Source: Vicugna vicugna (taxonomy: Eukaryota). Taken from it: 64,000 nt of DNA. The notes beneath the pieces were generated by a model. The model was not told the origin of the DNA. It worked only from the letters and a program-made list of their open reading frames with translations, and did no database searches. Below, in pieces: positions 1-14,130 of this stretch (position 1 is its first letter; every line of letters starts with the position of its first letter). The translations under genes were made by a program, and so were the position numbers. The stretch covers positions 620,001 to 684,000 of the forward strand of contig MU058054.1 of assembly GCA_013265495.1 (NCBI GenBank), read 5' to 3'.

Positions 1-485
1 TTACAGTATTGTCTGAAGCCTGGGAGGGTTATACCTCCAGCTTTGCTCTTTTTCCTCAGGATTGCTTTGGCAATTCTGGGTCTTTTGTGATTCCATATAA
101 ATTTTAAAATTATTTGTTCTAGTGCTCTGAAAAATATAATTTGATAGAGATTGCATTAAATCTATAGATAACTTTGGATAGTATGACCATTTTAGCAATA
201 TTAATTCTTCCAATCCAAGAGCATGGGATATCTTTCCATTTCTTTGAATAATCTTCGATTTCCTTTATCAGTGTTTTATAGTTCTCACTATATAAATCTT
301 TCACCTCCTTCATCAGGTTTATTCCTAAGTATTTTATTATTTTTTGATGTGATTTTTAGAAGGGATTTTTTTAGCTTTCTCTGTCTGATACTTCATTGTT
401 AGTATAAAGAAATGCAATAGGTTTCTTTTGTTAATTTTGTATCCTGCTGCCTTGCTGAATGTTTATCAGTTCCGGTAGTTTTTTG
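1..485 (-). mobile_element. LINE-1 ORF2 fragment (frameshifted)
   Basis: ORF 119..313 [19 protein letters not shown]...[18 protein letters not shown] is typical L1 ORF2p downstream of the RT domain. Confidence 0.93.
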
Positions 486-2749
486 CATCAACATAGATTT
501 TTTAAATGTAATTTCAGCTTTTCAGCATTTGTTGAGTCTGTGATTTTGTTTCAACTCTCAACTGCAACTAGTCAAATAACTCTGGTCCTCAATTAGATAG
601 GCAGACAAAAAGATGATCTTTATATTAGATCTTTGAGTCTACATTGAATCATGCCTACATCCAAAACCAATATCTGCATAGGATGCAAGAGAATCTTAAA
701 ACAGTTCAAACTCCCATAAACAGGACTCTTTTTAATCTGTTGCCTACAACATACCAATGAGAAAAATCATGATATCGTGTCATAAACTGCTATGCAAATG
801 ATGCTATTTGTAAGTATTAACATAATTTAGTGCTTACAGTCATATTCTCATTTCTAATAATTCTCCCAGAATGGAGTCTTTCTCTGGACTCTTAGCCTGC
901 AGGATAGTCTTTCATCAAGAAGCTGAAATTTTTAATAACCTGCCAGCATATGTTTTGTATGTGCCAGGCTAGGCGTGATGACACAACATCTTCATTATCC
1001 AAAAGGAACAGGTCTACAAACTGTAATAGGACATTAAAACATGCCTGTGCTCATAAAGTAACGCTTTGATGTCTAAATGTGCACCATTACGATGGTCTTC
1101 TGGAACAAAGGATAATTCTAATCCTAAATTCTCAATAGCTACCCTCAATGGAGACTGCAGCTCACTCCACTTTGATTTCACTTTGAAGGCAAAAGAATGC
1201 CAATAGTCTCCTATTAAAAAAAAAAAAAGCTATTCAAAACTACTTTATTTTTGGCTTCTAACCATACCATGGCCATAGCTAAGCACAGGTCTCAGAGCGT
1301 AACAAGATTTCTGAATAATTATTCTTCCCTAAGTTTTAAAAGCTGATTTAGATAGATTATTAATTATCGAAGTTTCACATTTAACAACATTAACAATAAT
1401 GACAAATGTATTTGCTGACAAGTTAAAATTGTGCAAGAATTGAAATTAAATAATATATAGTCAGGCTTCTAAGTGCAAGTCAACCAAATGCCAATATTTG
1501 AAATTTTTTTGAAGTTTAAAGTCAAACATTTCAAATGTATCATAGTCTAGTGTCAGGAGTGTTCTTTAAAAATTATTGGTTTGGAATATTGAGAACAGTA
1601 AATTCTTTGTACACTGCATTTCACTTTTTTAGATTAAAAAAGTTCCACTTTTTATATTTTAATCCCCATGGTTTTGCTTAAAAATTTTTTTCTTATACAG
1701 GATGAAGTAAAATCCAGTCGAAAGAGAACACAAGAGAAACCTCTGTGGGCTTCAAAATTAAATACATTTTCCTTGTTTCATTTTTTTCTAGAAGAGTAAT
1801 TCACTTTGGTATCCTTTAAATAATATGTAAAAAGCTGGCCATGACAGTTACCGCATTGAGTCCCTTCACTGATGGAGGGGGAAGAAAAGCCCAGAATAGA
1901 TCACGGGGAGAACAGGAACATTTGTCACAGGCAACTCTCCCTTCTGACTGTTCTCTGGATTTATTCGTCATCTCCTTTCACAAGAATAATGTGGTCCTCT
2001 CTTACGTGCCCCTCCCTTTCGCTCACTTGTGTCCTGATTCATATACTTCCGTAGTGGGATGCTCAGAGCAGATGCAAATCACCGCGCAGCCCACCACTAC
2101 AGATGTCGCTGGGGAAGGAATCAGTTAATAGAATTTGTGTCTGGATTTTCCTAATCAGTTCTGCTTTCGCCAGAAGGTCAGACAAAACAGAGACGTGAGA
2201 TGAAGAGAAGCCAGGAGAGTTGAGGCCTTTGGATGCAAAGTGAGGCAACTTTGAGAATGGCGGGTTGAATTCAGATAAACAATATAAAATTAATTATTAA
2301 GCAAGCTTGAAACAGACTAAGAAGTTATACAAATCATCTTTCCACCAACATACATGGAAAAATCTACACACGTCAGTCATATGCTAAGACTTTTTTTTTA
2401 CCTATTATTCAGTTTCTGCCTGGAGATTTTCTTGCTAGAATGTATTGTTTTCTCAACATCTCACAGGGGCCAGCAGTTACATAAATTTCCTTGAATTGTC
2501 TTCAAAAACATATGACTGCTGACAGAATGCTATTATACATTAGCTTCCAGGTGACAAACATTCACTAATAGAATTTCTCTCTCATAATAAAATACAGCTA
2601 GCTTAATAACAACAGTTGTTCGAAGCATATGATCAAGATTCACTTAGAGCAAATTATTAGATCTGTAATTCTATTTGAATATGGTAAAAAAAATTACTTC
2701 CTAATCATCATAATCAATTTGAGGACTTCCTAAGAAGGAACATTTAAAA

Positions 2750-2890
2750 TAGCCTAGTCAACCTCATTAACTTTGTATATAAGAACTGAGGCCTCGGAAA
2801 GTAAAAAGCTTGCCTACGGTCTCACTGCTGGTAGGTGACAGGTCTAGAAGTAAGCGCCTCATCCCCCAGCTGAGCCTTTTGCTTCATCTC
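2750..2890 (-). mobile_element. MIR SINE fragment
   Basis: aactgaggcctcggaaagtaaaaagcttgcc...ggtctcactgctggtaggtgacag resembles the reverse MIR core. Confidence 0.55.
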
Positions 2891-2939
2891 CTAACTGTGC
2901 TCAGGACACTTCCGGTTTATGCCACCATCGAACACTCAC

Positions 2940-3131
2940 TTGTGCCCATTTCTTGCTCCAGTCTTCGCGGCCGTATCTGTGACTCTCCTTTAGGACCCAC
3001 TTGTAGCACTTTAGGTGGGAAGGAATGTCACAAAATGCAGTCCCATTTCCTCCAAACTCGAAGTCCATTTTAAAGAGCCAGCGTTGGATTTCCAGGTGAT
3101 CGACGATCAGCTGACTCCCCTGTTCCATCAT
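2940..3131 (-). CDS. IQCH: IQCH coding exon (approx. exon 14), 192 nt, phase 0->0; gene continues beyond window start
   Basis: gccccacag|ATG...CAA|gtgagt; [23 protein letters not shown]...[11 protein letters not shown] 2901..3149. Confidence 0.96.
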
Positions 3132-3819
3132 CTGTGGGGCCAAAGACACGGCAACATTTAATACAGCTGGTCTCCTGGATTCGTTCTTACCGTGTTAACT
3201 TAGTCATGGTACTTCTCATGTGTCTTAATCTCAGTCTGTTCATTTGGCTATCTTTTAAAGACAGATTAGAAGAAGTTTTAAGTGATGTATACATGATGTA
3301 AAGAAACACTAACCAATGGGACCAAAGACATGTTTAAAATATAATCTTCTTTATGAAAAATTATGAAACTATTTTGCTGGCTTTTGAAGGCAAAAGAAAA
3401 AAAATCTGTGAATATCTGTAATTGAACCTTGGTATTGTTTTCTTTCTTTTTCAGAGAATTGTGTGTTTACTTATTGATTCTTCAAATGATTTTTTTAATA
3501 GTTTCAAGACTATAAGAAGTTACAGTTTTGAAAACTTTAACTGTCTGGAGCTTTGCAGTGCTTTTAAAGGCTACAATCTTAAAACAGTTAATTTTTTTCC
3601 TCATTAGCATTCATGAAATACCTTTGTTTGGTCAGTTGACCGAGTGTATTATATGAACAAGACAAAGGAGGTAAAAACATTTATGAAAGCAAGTTTCTTG
3701 GAATATACACCTATCCTAATCTTATTTGAAGCTATATTCCCTAAAGACCTGGGCTCTATCACATGGACATTGCAAAGATAGAAGTTTAAGATCTAATATC
3801 TTCATCATCATCATCATCA

Positions 3820-4060
3820 TATCTAACATTACTGATGTCTCAGTAGGACCTAAGCCTTGGCTAAGCTCTTTACATGAGTTTTCTTATTTAATACTCACAA
3901 AAATTTATCAGGTAGGCACCATTATTATTTTCATTTTATGTGCAAATATCTGACTCAGCTAATTTAAATAACTGGTCCACAATCACACAGCACTGAGTGG
4001 CAGAGCAGAGAGACTCCACCAGGCTGCTCTGAGTCCAACACCTAAGCTCACTCTCTCTCC
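3820..4060 (-). mobile_element. MIR SINE
   Basis: ctttacatg...tttaatactcacaa...aggtaggcaccattatt...cacacagc...tggcagagc matches reverse MIR. Confidence 0.7.
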
Positions 4061-7000
4061 ACCGTCCTGCCCATCTCAACCTGCAGGGAGGTGGAGGAGA
4101 AGGGGGAGGTGGAAAACGAAGTCAGCAAAAGGGAAAGCAACTTTCCTAACGGCCAGTGAGCCATTTGGGGTAAGTTTGAATCAGGCAAAAAGTCTACCGC
4201 ACGACTACTTAATTATAAGTAATACGCTTCCAGTAGAGCCTTGGTGAAAAATAACTCATTAGATCACAAAATGATTTTTTTGTTCGTTTTTTTTCCATCA
4301 GGCTGTCCAGTTTATACATCACAGAAAGAAACAAAACAATAGTAAGCATTCTCCCCTCTGAGCCTTGGTCACGCCGTGCGCTTAAGAAGGCCTTTGCAAC
4401 ACTGTTCTCTCTCCTTCTGATGAGTTTTTGTTCACCAAGTGGATTTTTTTTTTAATTAGAGAGTGTGAAAGGACTCAAGATTATAGTTCTGTTGAAATCT
4501 GGAGCTGGAAGATTACAGTTATTTTGATTAAAGGTACAGTCGGTTCTCCTGAGTTGGATCTTCCTAGCAAATCTTCCTGGGGATGTTACACAATAGAGCA
4601 GTGTGGAAGTCACACCAAAACAGGCATATTTGGGATCCCCGGAAGCCCTGTGCAACCATGGGGTATTCAATTAGGGTGAAAATGCAATTGCCTTAGCTCT
4701 CTAATTATCAACTAGTGTGTGTGGATAATTTGGGTGTTTCAATGACAAGTACTCTGGTCTATACACCAGATGGCTATGAGCACGGCCCAGGAATTTTTTT
4801 AATGTGCCTCCCAAAGTTTCCTCCCTTCTTTCTCGAATGTTGTGTTGAGAAGGTAGATTCTATTTGTTGTATTATGGTCATATTGTTGCAGAAGTAGAAA
4901 TGGTCTTTGACCTGTTAATATCTAATAAAATTCTTGTACTGGTGAAAGGAAAGGTGTTCTGGCACAGCCTTTTTCATTGTGTATTTGGATGTATTGTATA
5001 TTTGGAGGTTTCAACTACTAACAGAATTATCATCTGTTTCTTCCAAATCCTATTATTTGTTGCTTCTGAGAATCCAATAAATGGGCTCCTGTTGATGGAT
5101 CCCCTACAGTAATGAAAAGGATCAATAGTATCGTAAAGACTGCACCACTGGAAAGAATTATGTGCTATCTTTAAGTGAAAATTGAACAGTGCTTTAAAAT
5201 AGCATCGCCATTTTTGATTATTTAACCAAAGCCGTCGATATTTCATACGGGGCACATGCCAGAAAGAGAGCTTGCGTGGTTACTTTATGGATCAAAATAG
5301 GAAATGCTCACTGTGCTCAAGTTGGATTTTAAAAATAAAGAAATAAATAACTTCATCATAAACCAAATGACTCCATGCTATTTCCAAACGTTTATCATTT
5401 TCTATTTGAGTCTGTCTGCCCCAAAGATGTAATATAATTTTAATCGCCACTCCTTTTATACTGGGGTAGGGGCAGAAGTCGAAAAACATCTACTACTAAA
5501 ACCCAGCTGATAGTTGGTCATGCTTATTAACCTAAATTAAAATAATCACGGCTTTCTTTCACCAGCTTTAAGTTTATGAGGCACATCGGTGAAAAGTCAG
5601 TGTTATTAACTCATCACTATCTGGAAATTCGAAATGCTGACATGCTCAGATAGATTAGTCACTCTCTGGGAGAATCTCAGTGGAGTGTTTCAGTTCTTAT
5701 GACCTCGGACATATGGTTCCCAAACAAGTAGCGCAGACCTCAGTTGCTACTTGGTTTATTGTGGTACGATTTGCACATGCCACAGGTGAAATGACACCCC
5801 TCAAATCCAATTTGTCTGTGAGGAGAGGGTTTTCATCCTACTTCTGAATATCAGTATTAGAGGGAGGTTTTGCTGCATTAAATTTGCCTGCATCTTTAGC
5901 TACAATCACCATACAGAGTTCTAAAATATTTCCTAGCAAAGACTGGGGACGAAAGCAAGACTCCATGTAAACACTGCATGTACATTTTAAAGTTTTGAAG
6001 ATTGTTTAATGTAACGCCCACATATGAAATCGCATCATTTAAAAATACATTGCATTTATATTGTCTGTCAGCCTAGTATTCTACAGGGAAGCAGAGGTAA
6101 GCAATCCACTTTTTTACCTTCAAATTCCAGTGGAGTTTAATGACAATGGGAAGGACACGCCAGTTCAGGGGGAGCCCCTCTTTTCTACTTCTATTCAAAT
6201 TGCCTGTGCCTTTTCCAGACTCTGCCATCTTCCGTTGTGAGCCCACACTCGAGCAAGATGAAACACTGCAGGGCAATTTAATCACTGATACCTTCAAACT
6301 AGTTTCTGAAAAGTATGATTTGTTGAAAGGCTTGATTTGGGGGCTCAGGGGCTATGAGGTGCAAGCACCGTGATCAGGCCTCTGAGAGAAGAGGTGTGAG
6401 CCCTGAACAGTGTCCCTCGCAAACACCCTCACTCTCCACAGGTCTTTCGTTTCCCCAGAATTGAGTGCCTGGGACCGCCTGTGATGGGCTCAGAGTAATG
6501 GCTAAGAGATGTTCTGAAACCGAGGTTAGGACCTGTTAACAGACATTTGCTTCTGTTTTCTTTATTGTGAAAGATGGAAGTTAAATAGGAGGACACCTGC
6601 CACAGCTAACTCAAAGTGGCTAACTTCTAGTTCTCTACTGGCTGATCTTGTGTGGCTAATATTATAGTTCTCCAAGTAGTTATGGCCCTAACTATCCACT
6701 GGAACAATGCATAACCATAGCCTCGGACCAAGGCAAAACCTAGAAGCAGACAGTTCTCTTCCCGGAGCCATTTTACTTCCCCTTTCTGAGCTCTCCCCCT
6801 CCTTCCCATACGGCCTCTTCCTGGGGAGCCAGGATATTTTAAAATAGAGCCACGGATGTCTGCAGCCCTCTACCACGTGCCCTCTGCAACATGACTTGAC
6901 AGAAAGGCTCACTCCCTGGTACTTTCCAAACCTGCTCCTTTTCTCCAAAACTGATGCCCACATTTCTGCTAAATGACTAGCTAACTGATAAGATGATGAA

Positions 7001-7273
7001 CTAATCCACATTAAAGCCATAAATATTGATAGAGTAAGACATTCAATTCCTTCATCCAAATGGACAATACTTTGGAATTTCCAGGCATCTTGGCAAGGCC
7101 GATAGGAAGATACTTTGAAAACATGAAGGCCTAAAGTAGATCCCACCAGACCAGCTCACGTCTTCCACAACAGTCGTCATTGGGTAGGGTTGGCTCCAGA
7201 AGACCTGAAGTTCCCGCAAGGTCAAGAGGACGGGAAGTACTTGAGCAGAGCCTTGCTTGTCCACCCCACATAC

Positions 7274-7546
7274 CTGCTGGTGACCATAGATGTTACACGC
7301 TCCAGGAGGGACGGGCACAGCGGCGCTGTCAAAGACCCGTTTACTTCCGGACTTGGTACTGTAGAGGTGAGCCAGCTCAGGCTCCGGGCCCAGGATGGGT
7401 GTGTTTAACATATCCGCCACGGCCAGATCATCTCTATGCAGGAGCCCGCCGACAATGTAGGCTTCCTTCCCTCGGATGAGATTTTTTATTCTTTTGATCG
7501 CCTTGGGACTGTACATCAGGTGAGTGGCCAGGCACATATGCTGCTT
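7274..7546 (-). CDS. IQCH: IQCH coding exon (approx. exon 13), 273 nt, phase 0->0
   Basis: ccccctgcag|AAG...CAG|gtatgt; [26 protein letters not shown]...NIYGHQQ; ORF 7052..7564. Confidence 0.96.
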
Positions 7547-8544
7547 CTGCAGGGGGCAGAACATATTATTCTTGTTAAAAGGTGTTCTTTTTGTCGTCCA
7601 TACACCTAATTTATCACGTAGCGCACAATAAATGCATTATTAATAGCAGGCTGGGTTATGACCTATCCTGTTGTTTGGCAGTTTAAATTGATAAAAGCTG
7701 TTGGGGTGAGGTTCCATAATCGCTCACATCTTTAGTGTGCTGGAAATAGGCTCGCTGGGAGTAGAACTAATTACTACACATCTGTATTTATTTGATCCAC
7801 GTGGAATTATCCTTCTGTCAGAAGGAAAAGAAGCTGGCGGCCCTTGGATAATAGTGATTCATCTCTGCAGCACTTCTGGCATGGTTTAACGCTAAAGTGT
7901 CTGGAAAATCAATACAAAAAATGAAGAAAAAAGGCCTGCAGTATTCTAATCTGGCAACTCTTTATAAACAATTTGGTAGGAAAAAGGCACTTGACTTGAT
8001 ACTCTCTTCCCAAAGTTCTACCACAAATTCCATTTCAGAAACTCCATATTTTTATGATGGTTATCATGGTTCTGAACCAACGCTCCAGAGATGATTCAGG
8101 AATGGAAAGTATTTGAGAATTTCAGCCACATTCAAATTTCTTTTCCAATGGAAACTCTTTTTACTTTGGACTCTTTAGACCAGCTCAGCCATTCATGTGA
8201 CTGTCTCTTTCAGTTACATAGATAATCCCGGCGCGTCTAAGAGGGGCAGAGGATGAAGACAGATGGTCAGCACACAGCAAAACTAATGCAGGTGTGCCTC
8301 TGTGCTCAAGGAGTGGGGACACAGATGAGTACAATTAATGCATAACTAATCCAAGGCAGAGAAGTGCCTTGGATATCATAAGCACTTAATGAATATGAGC
8401 TTGTATTATTGTTATGAAAGAGGCTGGGGTTGAGGTGAGTTTTGAAGGAAGGGTAGGAGCTGATGAGGTGGGGATGGGCATAGACTAGGATAGACTATGA
8501 GACCCAAAGAGCGTGCTCACTTCCTCCAGAGAAGAGGGCATCGT

Positions 8545-8790
8545 GGCACCTGAGAAAGTGCTGGAGTCAAACATCTCTGGCTCTGAGTCCAGCTCTGTCC
8601 CTTATAAGCTACCTGAATTTGGACAAATGACAGACTCCCTGAGCCTAAGTTTCTCCACCTGCTAAATGGGAATAAAAATACCCAATTGCTGGGTTGCTCT
8701 AAGGATAAAATAAGACCATGAATGTAAAGCACCTATTATAATGCATGGCATTAAGTTGATATTCAATAAATGGTAGTAATTATTATTACA
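8545..8790 (+). mobile_element. MIR SINE
   Basis: cagctctgtcccttataagct...ctgagcctaagtttctccacctgctaaatggga...tgtaaagcac...tcaataaatggtagt follows the MIR consensus. Confidence 0.8.
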
Positions 8791-9194
8791 GAGGAGACTC
8801 TTTTTAAAAAAATAGTCATTAAAATGCCATGCAAATAATATAGTGCCACGTGTGAGAGAGTCCAAGGGGTTTTGTAGACCAGCGCCTCCTCCCCCAGTTT
8901 GAGTCAAATTATCTACTCAACATGGCACTGAAACGTGGAGAAATTTTGGGGGAGTGTCAGCTGTGCCAATTTGCAAACTGTTGGCGGGTATAACTGCTGA
9001 GTGTAAGAGAAAGAGACTGAGGAGAGCCCCTGGATTTCAGTCCTGTCTAAATTTGTAACTTGCAAGTCGATTTAGCAAATTCGATCTTTCTGAGCCTCAG
9101 TTCCCCCATTCAGATGAGAGGTTGAACTAGAAGCCTCTAGGGTCCTTCCAGCTGTAAATAACGTTCCCGTTAAAACCATAATAGTAACGATGAA

Positions 9195-9362
9195 CAATAA
9201 TGTTTAATGGGTACAGAGCTTCTGCTCGGGATGTTGAAAAAGTTTTAAAAACGGACGATGTGATGGTTGCACAACAGTGTGAATGTACTTAATGGCACTG
9301 AACCGTACACTTGAAATTGTCAAAGTGGTCAATTTTAGGTATACTTTGCCCAAATTTTTAAA
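9195..9362 (+). mobile_element. old L1 (L1MB/MC-like) 3' end
   Basis: tttaatgggtacagagcttctg...gatggttgcacaacagtgtgaatgtacttaatggcactgaaccgtacactt is an L1M 3' UTR signature. Confidence 0.8.
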
Positions 9363-10939
9363 AGACAACTGAGTTCCTCTGAGAAGAGGACTGATTTGAT
9401 TTACCCCACTGAGCCCTTCCTTCAGAGTAAGTGTTCTAGTCTAAGCTCCTCGGATCTATGCAATATGCCTTTTCTATTATAATTTAAATCCATTTTCAAA
9501 ACCAACTTCTGAGAATGCAGCTCTAGGAAATCCAGTGCTCCATTAGACCGTGGCTGGTGACAGCACCTTGTGAGTTTGCATTTCCCATCTGATCGATCAC
9601 TGTTTATCCCCTTTGTTTATTTCACTTCTTTCCTTTCCCTACAAATTATTCCAATGAAGAAATGTGGAAGAACGATATGTCTGGGAGAGCTGGCGAATTG
9701 AGTCACAGTGTATGTGATGGGCTTTCCAGGGTACCTAGAAGAACGTTTCAGAGGGGGCAGTCCTCCCATGTTAAGTTCATAAGGTCTCAGCATTTCGACG
9801 GGTACTCTTTCATTTGATCCATGCAACACTGTACCAGTTAGCAGTCTCTCTTTCAGAGACGAGGAAACTGAGGCTTGAGTGCTTTGCCCACAGTCACACA
9901 GCTGTTCAACAGCAGAGGTTAGATATTAGCGCAGGTTTCATGCCATAGCTGCCATGATTGCTCCCATTTTACAGGTTGAGTAGTGAGGTCTGGTGGATTT
10001 ACGAGGTGCGATGAGGGGACGGCAGATGCAGCAGTAGAACCTAATGTTCAAGTTCTGAGCACATTTCCGGCCAGGATGGATTTCTGTCTCCTCTAGGGTT
10101 GCTTGTCTTTATTGGCAAGAACTCTACCCGACTCTAGTATGTCATCTGTGGGCAGCCTTATTCTTTAGGCAAGATGACATCACAGTATTGTGCTCAATGT
10201 GTGTTTAAAAAAGATTTGAATGTGACTGAGTGATGGCAGAAGACACATTACTGACCGCAGGCCTTTTGTGACCACTCAGAGAAAATCGGTATCATCACAT
10301 CCAGGCAGTGGATTAACACTGATGACAAAAATCTAAAGCGTTCCTAATTCCATAACATTATAGCTACATTTAATTTATCACCACTAATTCCTTCTGGGAC
10401 CTGAGATAAAAGGTGCTGTTTAGGATGTCTTCATAAATATTAAAATGTTCAGAAATAGACACGATGACTTTATAACAGCATTTCTTACCATTACAGATTC
10501 AAACACTGTATAGTGACTTGGAGACACGTACAAACAGATTTTTGGCACACTTTAGAAAAACCTCCTCAAAGCCAGCCGTTTGAATGAGAATCAGCACTGA
10601 TACAGTCTTTCAAACCCACTGGAAAGAAATAAAACCATAACCAACCACGAGCAGGAAATGTGAGATGAGACTGGAAATGTGGTTTGAAAGCGAGAGTTTA
10701 ATTTTTATATTGTAGAAAGTTGATTGCCTGTGAATGATTAATTACTCAAATCATTTAAACTTAAACTATGAGAAGTATTAAGTGCTTAAAATATTCCAAT
10801 ATTCCTTGTTTGTTTCTATCCGCAGAAACGCAGACCTACACTATGCATATGCCTCGGTGCGTCCGTTAGTGCCAACTGCCTGCCTCCTGCTTGGAAGTTG
10901 AAGAGCAGACTCTGAGGATACAGGTCTCAGGGAAGAGGA

Positions 10940-11245
10940 CTCCAGAGCTGGAAGGCACTTTGAAATGATCTAATCCATCACCTTGTTTTATAGATGAAGA
11001 ACAGAGGGCCAGAGAGGTAAAGGGGCTGGCGCAAGGCCACAAGCTCACCTAGGAGCAAGGCAGTCGTTCCAATTGGGTTCAGACAGATTTGGGTTCGTAC
11101 TCTGGCCCCGCTAGTATCTTTGGACTAGAAAATGAATGCTGGTTTCCTCAGCCGTAGGACATTGACAATTTCTGTCTTGCTGCAGTGTTCTGAGCATCAC
11201 ATGAGAAAATGTATGCTAAGCATTTGATAAATGTTGGTTGTTCAC
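10940..11245. mobile_element. two adjacent MIR fragments in opposite orientation
   Basis: ttttatagatgaagaacagagggccagagaggtaaag (-) followed by gggttcgtactctggcccc...ggtttcctca...taaatgttggtt (+). Confidence 0.6.
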
Positions 11246-12699
11246 TCAATTTCCTCCTCCCCAATCTAGTGCCCCATCCCATTCCATGCCTCTTCAGTGT
11301 GTTCTGGCATTTCAGATGTGCAGAAACTTCTTACTAGCAGCTACCAGGCACTAGCTCTGGTTTCCGGCTGAAGGAAATTGGGAAATTAGCCACACATTAA
11401 TGATGGTTCTTTTCCTTCTTTGCTTCCTAATATCCACAGTGACTCTGCCGTTGAGGCCAAGGATTAGCTAGGAGGCACCGAACCAGTCCTAGAGTTGCTG
11501 GAGGACGTTGGGAAGTTTCTAAGATGACAAGTGGCGATGACTTGTCCCTTGCCTTTCCTACTGCTTGTCCTGCCCCTGCTTTTGCCCCTCTTTTCTGCAG
11601 CCAGAGTGGTAGCGATGAAACAGAGCAAGGCCGAGGGCTTTCCAGGGGAATACTGGGGTATCCAGTTATGAAAAAATAAAATCTTCATTTTGGTAGAAGA
11701 GAGTTCAAAATCACTGAGTTTACCAGCAAAGTAGAAATGCTGCAGCTACCCGCCCCAGCGCTGGCAGGCCCTTTTGGTTTTTGTGGTCAAGTCATGGTGC
11801 ATCTGACGTATCATGGGTGGTAACTCAACACACAGGTGGTTCCTACGTGAAGCATGCAATCAGTTTCTGTGGCCGGAGATAGATGACTTCGGTGCATCTG
11901 ACTTGTGGGTGAACAGAGTTGTCTTTATCAGCAAATTCAGACCCTTAGATTTTACCAAAAAAAAAAAAAAGTCTCCTCAAAAATACATAGCCCATTAGGT
12001 ATTAAAATGTTGGTTGTTTACCATGGAAGTTTAAATTCTTGTTGAAACATAGGGAAATTCATGTCAAGCCATCTCTTGCACTGCTTTATTCTAGAATGCT
12101 GCCCCCATGGTTCCATGAATTTCCCAAAAGCCCTTGTCTAGGGATGGGATGAGAGTCCACTCAGAGTTCATTCGATTCATTACAAATCCGTTTTTTTTAA
12201 AAAGTTTAAAAAAATCTGAATCTTGTTTATCATGAGCTAGGTGATATGGTAAATCAGGCCAAATTGCCCTGAGGAAAAAAAATCCATGGAGTAACAAGAA
12301 ATACAGTTTGGAAATCAGAAAACAGGAGCTTTGGTCTAGATTTGTCCCTTACTAGCTTTGTGATCATACGCAGACCCAGCCTTTCTCTACCTCGGTGTCC
12401 TCCACACAAAATTTAAAAAAAAGCAACCGTAGATGTTATAAATTCACCTACTTGATGGCACAACCCAATAACTACAATTAGGCTTCCGCTACGGAGAAAC
12501 TGGGCAGGGGTAGCTCCACTAAGTCTGCAAGTTAAACTGGGATATTTATTTCCCACAGTCCAACTAGTAGTGTAATCAGTAAAGCTGTTAAACTTGCAAT
12601 AATATTTCACTGATGTGTACCAGAGCGTTGCAAGTTATAAAATTTCCAATTTAATTTTACTGCATCCCTGAAGCCGTAGTAATTAGGAGACAAACTCAC

Positions 12700-12875
12700 A
12701 GTGAAGATGTTTATAGCTTCAGGGGTGATAATTTTGAACCTGTCCTGCAGGTCACTTCTGTCCTCCAGGTCCCCCGATCTGACAGCTGCCTGTAGACTCA
12801 GGATTTTATTGTAATACAGCAGTAACTCATCATTCATTTGATTGGCGCAGATGTAGATGACGCTCACATTGGCAT
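12700..12875 (-). CDS. IQCH: IQCH coding exon (approx. exon 12), 176 nt, phase 1->0
   Basis: ttttttag|AT...ACT|gtgagt; (D)[61 protein letters not shown] 12607..12867. Confidence 0.96.
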
Positions 12876-13924
12876 CTAAAAAACAACAGGCACAATGGTA
12901 ATTACTGGTATAAAGGTAAATGACACCACGAACTCTGGCATCGGATTGATGCTGTGCAGTTTAAAATAAAGAGCATATCCAAAAGCCACGCTGAAGTTAA
13001 TTTAGATTGGTTTTGTACAGATCTTAGCAATTCAACTGGCTTTTTTTTTTTTTTGCACTTTAGCATTCCTCTAAAGAAAAGATAAATAATGCCACCACCA
13101 AGAGGAGACACAATGGTTCCTTCAGAAGGAGGGCTGTAAGGCACCGTGGAGGTGTACTTTTGAATAATACGTAGGATTTGGCCCCAGAACTCCCATTAAC
13201 ATCAATGGGAATCGCATACTGCTTTAAAAATATCCCATTAACTTCAGTAAATTATAAAACAGAGCTATTAACTTTAGAAAGCTGCTGGAATTGCAATTTC
13301 TTATTCTGCCTGGACTTGGCAGGGCCGAATAAGGGAACGTTCCGTCCAAATAAAACGGTCTGATTATGACCACAGCAATGATTATTTCAGGAAAGCAACC
13401 TTTTCCCTGCTCGACTCCCAAAAAGGACTGTATTACTTAAATAGGACATCTAGTGATTCTTGGTTTAAAGGAAACATTATCTTAAAATCTAACTGTTCTC
13501 CTTTGTAAGATGTGCCTCTTATTACGTGTATAGAAAGAAATCCTAATTAAATATCCCATCCAAATGGAATAGTGAGATGAGATTACCCACTCCCAGCTGC
13601 AGAATATTTTAGGGGGTATGGACAGGAAATCCGCAGCCAATGGAGTCACTCAACTCATTTGTAACATAAGGGACTGATCAGCAGAGGCAAAGCCCTTGGC
13701 TCAACATGAAATGAAATACAGGACTCAAAGCAATGAGAGGTTGCCATGAGGGGCAACCGTTTCACATGTATGGACAGCCAGAAGCCACGGCAGAGGGCGG
13801 TGGACACAGTGAAGCATGCAGACCGGGTGCCCAGGGATGTTCAGAGGAGGGAGCCCCGTGAAACGTTTCCTTGGGCAAGTGGGGCCAAGAGGGGATTTTA
13901 AGACTCCTCTGTTCAGTTTGACGG

Positions 13925-14130
13925 AGTAGACAGAGCACAGACTGATTAAATTCTAGCTCAGCTGCCTAGGGACTCTGGGCACATTATTTAACCTTTCTAA
14001 GCATTGGTTTCTTCATTTGTAAAATGAGGAGTAAAGTCACCTGGGGCACAGAGTTTGGGAGAGTATTAAGTGAAAGAATATATAAAAGGCACGTGGTGCA
14101 GTGCCTGGCACATACTAGGTGCTCAGCGAA
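13925..14130 (+). mobile_element. MIR SINE
   Basis: atttaacctttctaagcattggtttcttcatttgtaaaatgagga...cagtgcctggcacatactaggtgctca. Confidence 0.8.

Noticed and set aside
6688..7146. 152-aa minus-strand ORF next to the 273-nt exon
   Set aside because: Lies past the gtatgt donor, in a different frame, with no similarity to IQCH or any family I recognise.
11790..11915. Direct repeat ggtgcatctgac, reminiscent of Penelope-type hammerhead ribozyme flanks
   Set aside because: Lacks the CUGANGA and GAAA catalytic core and the three stems.
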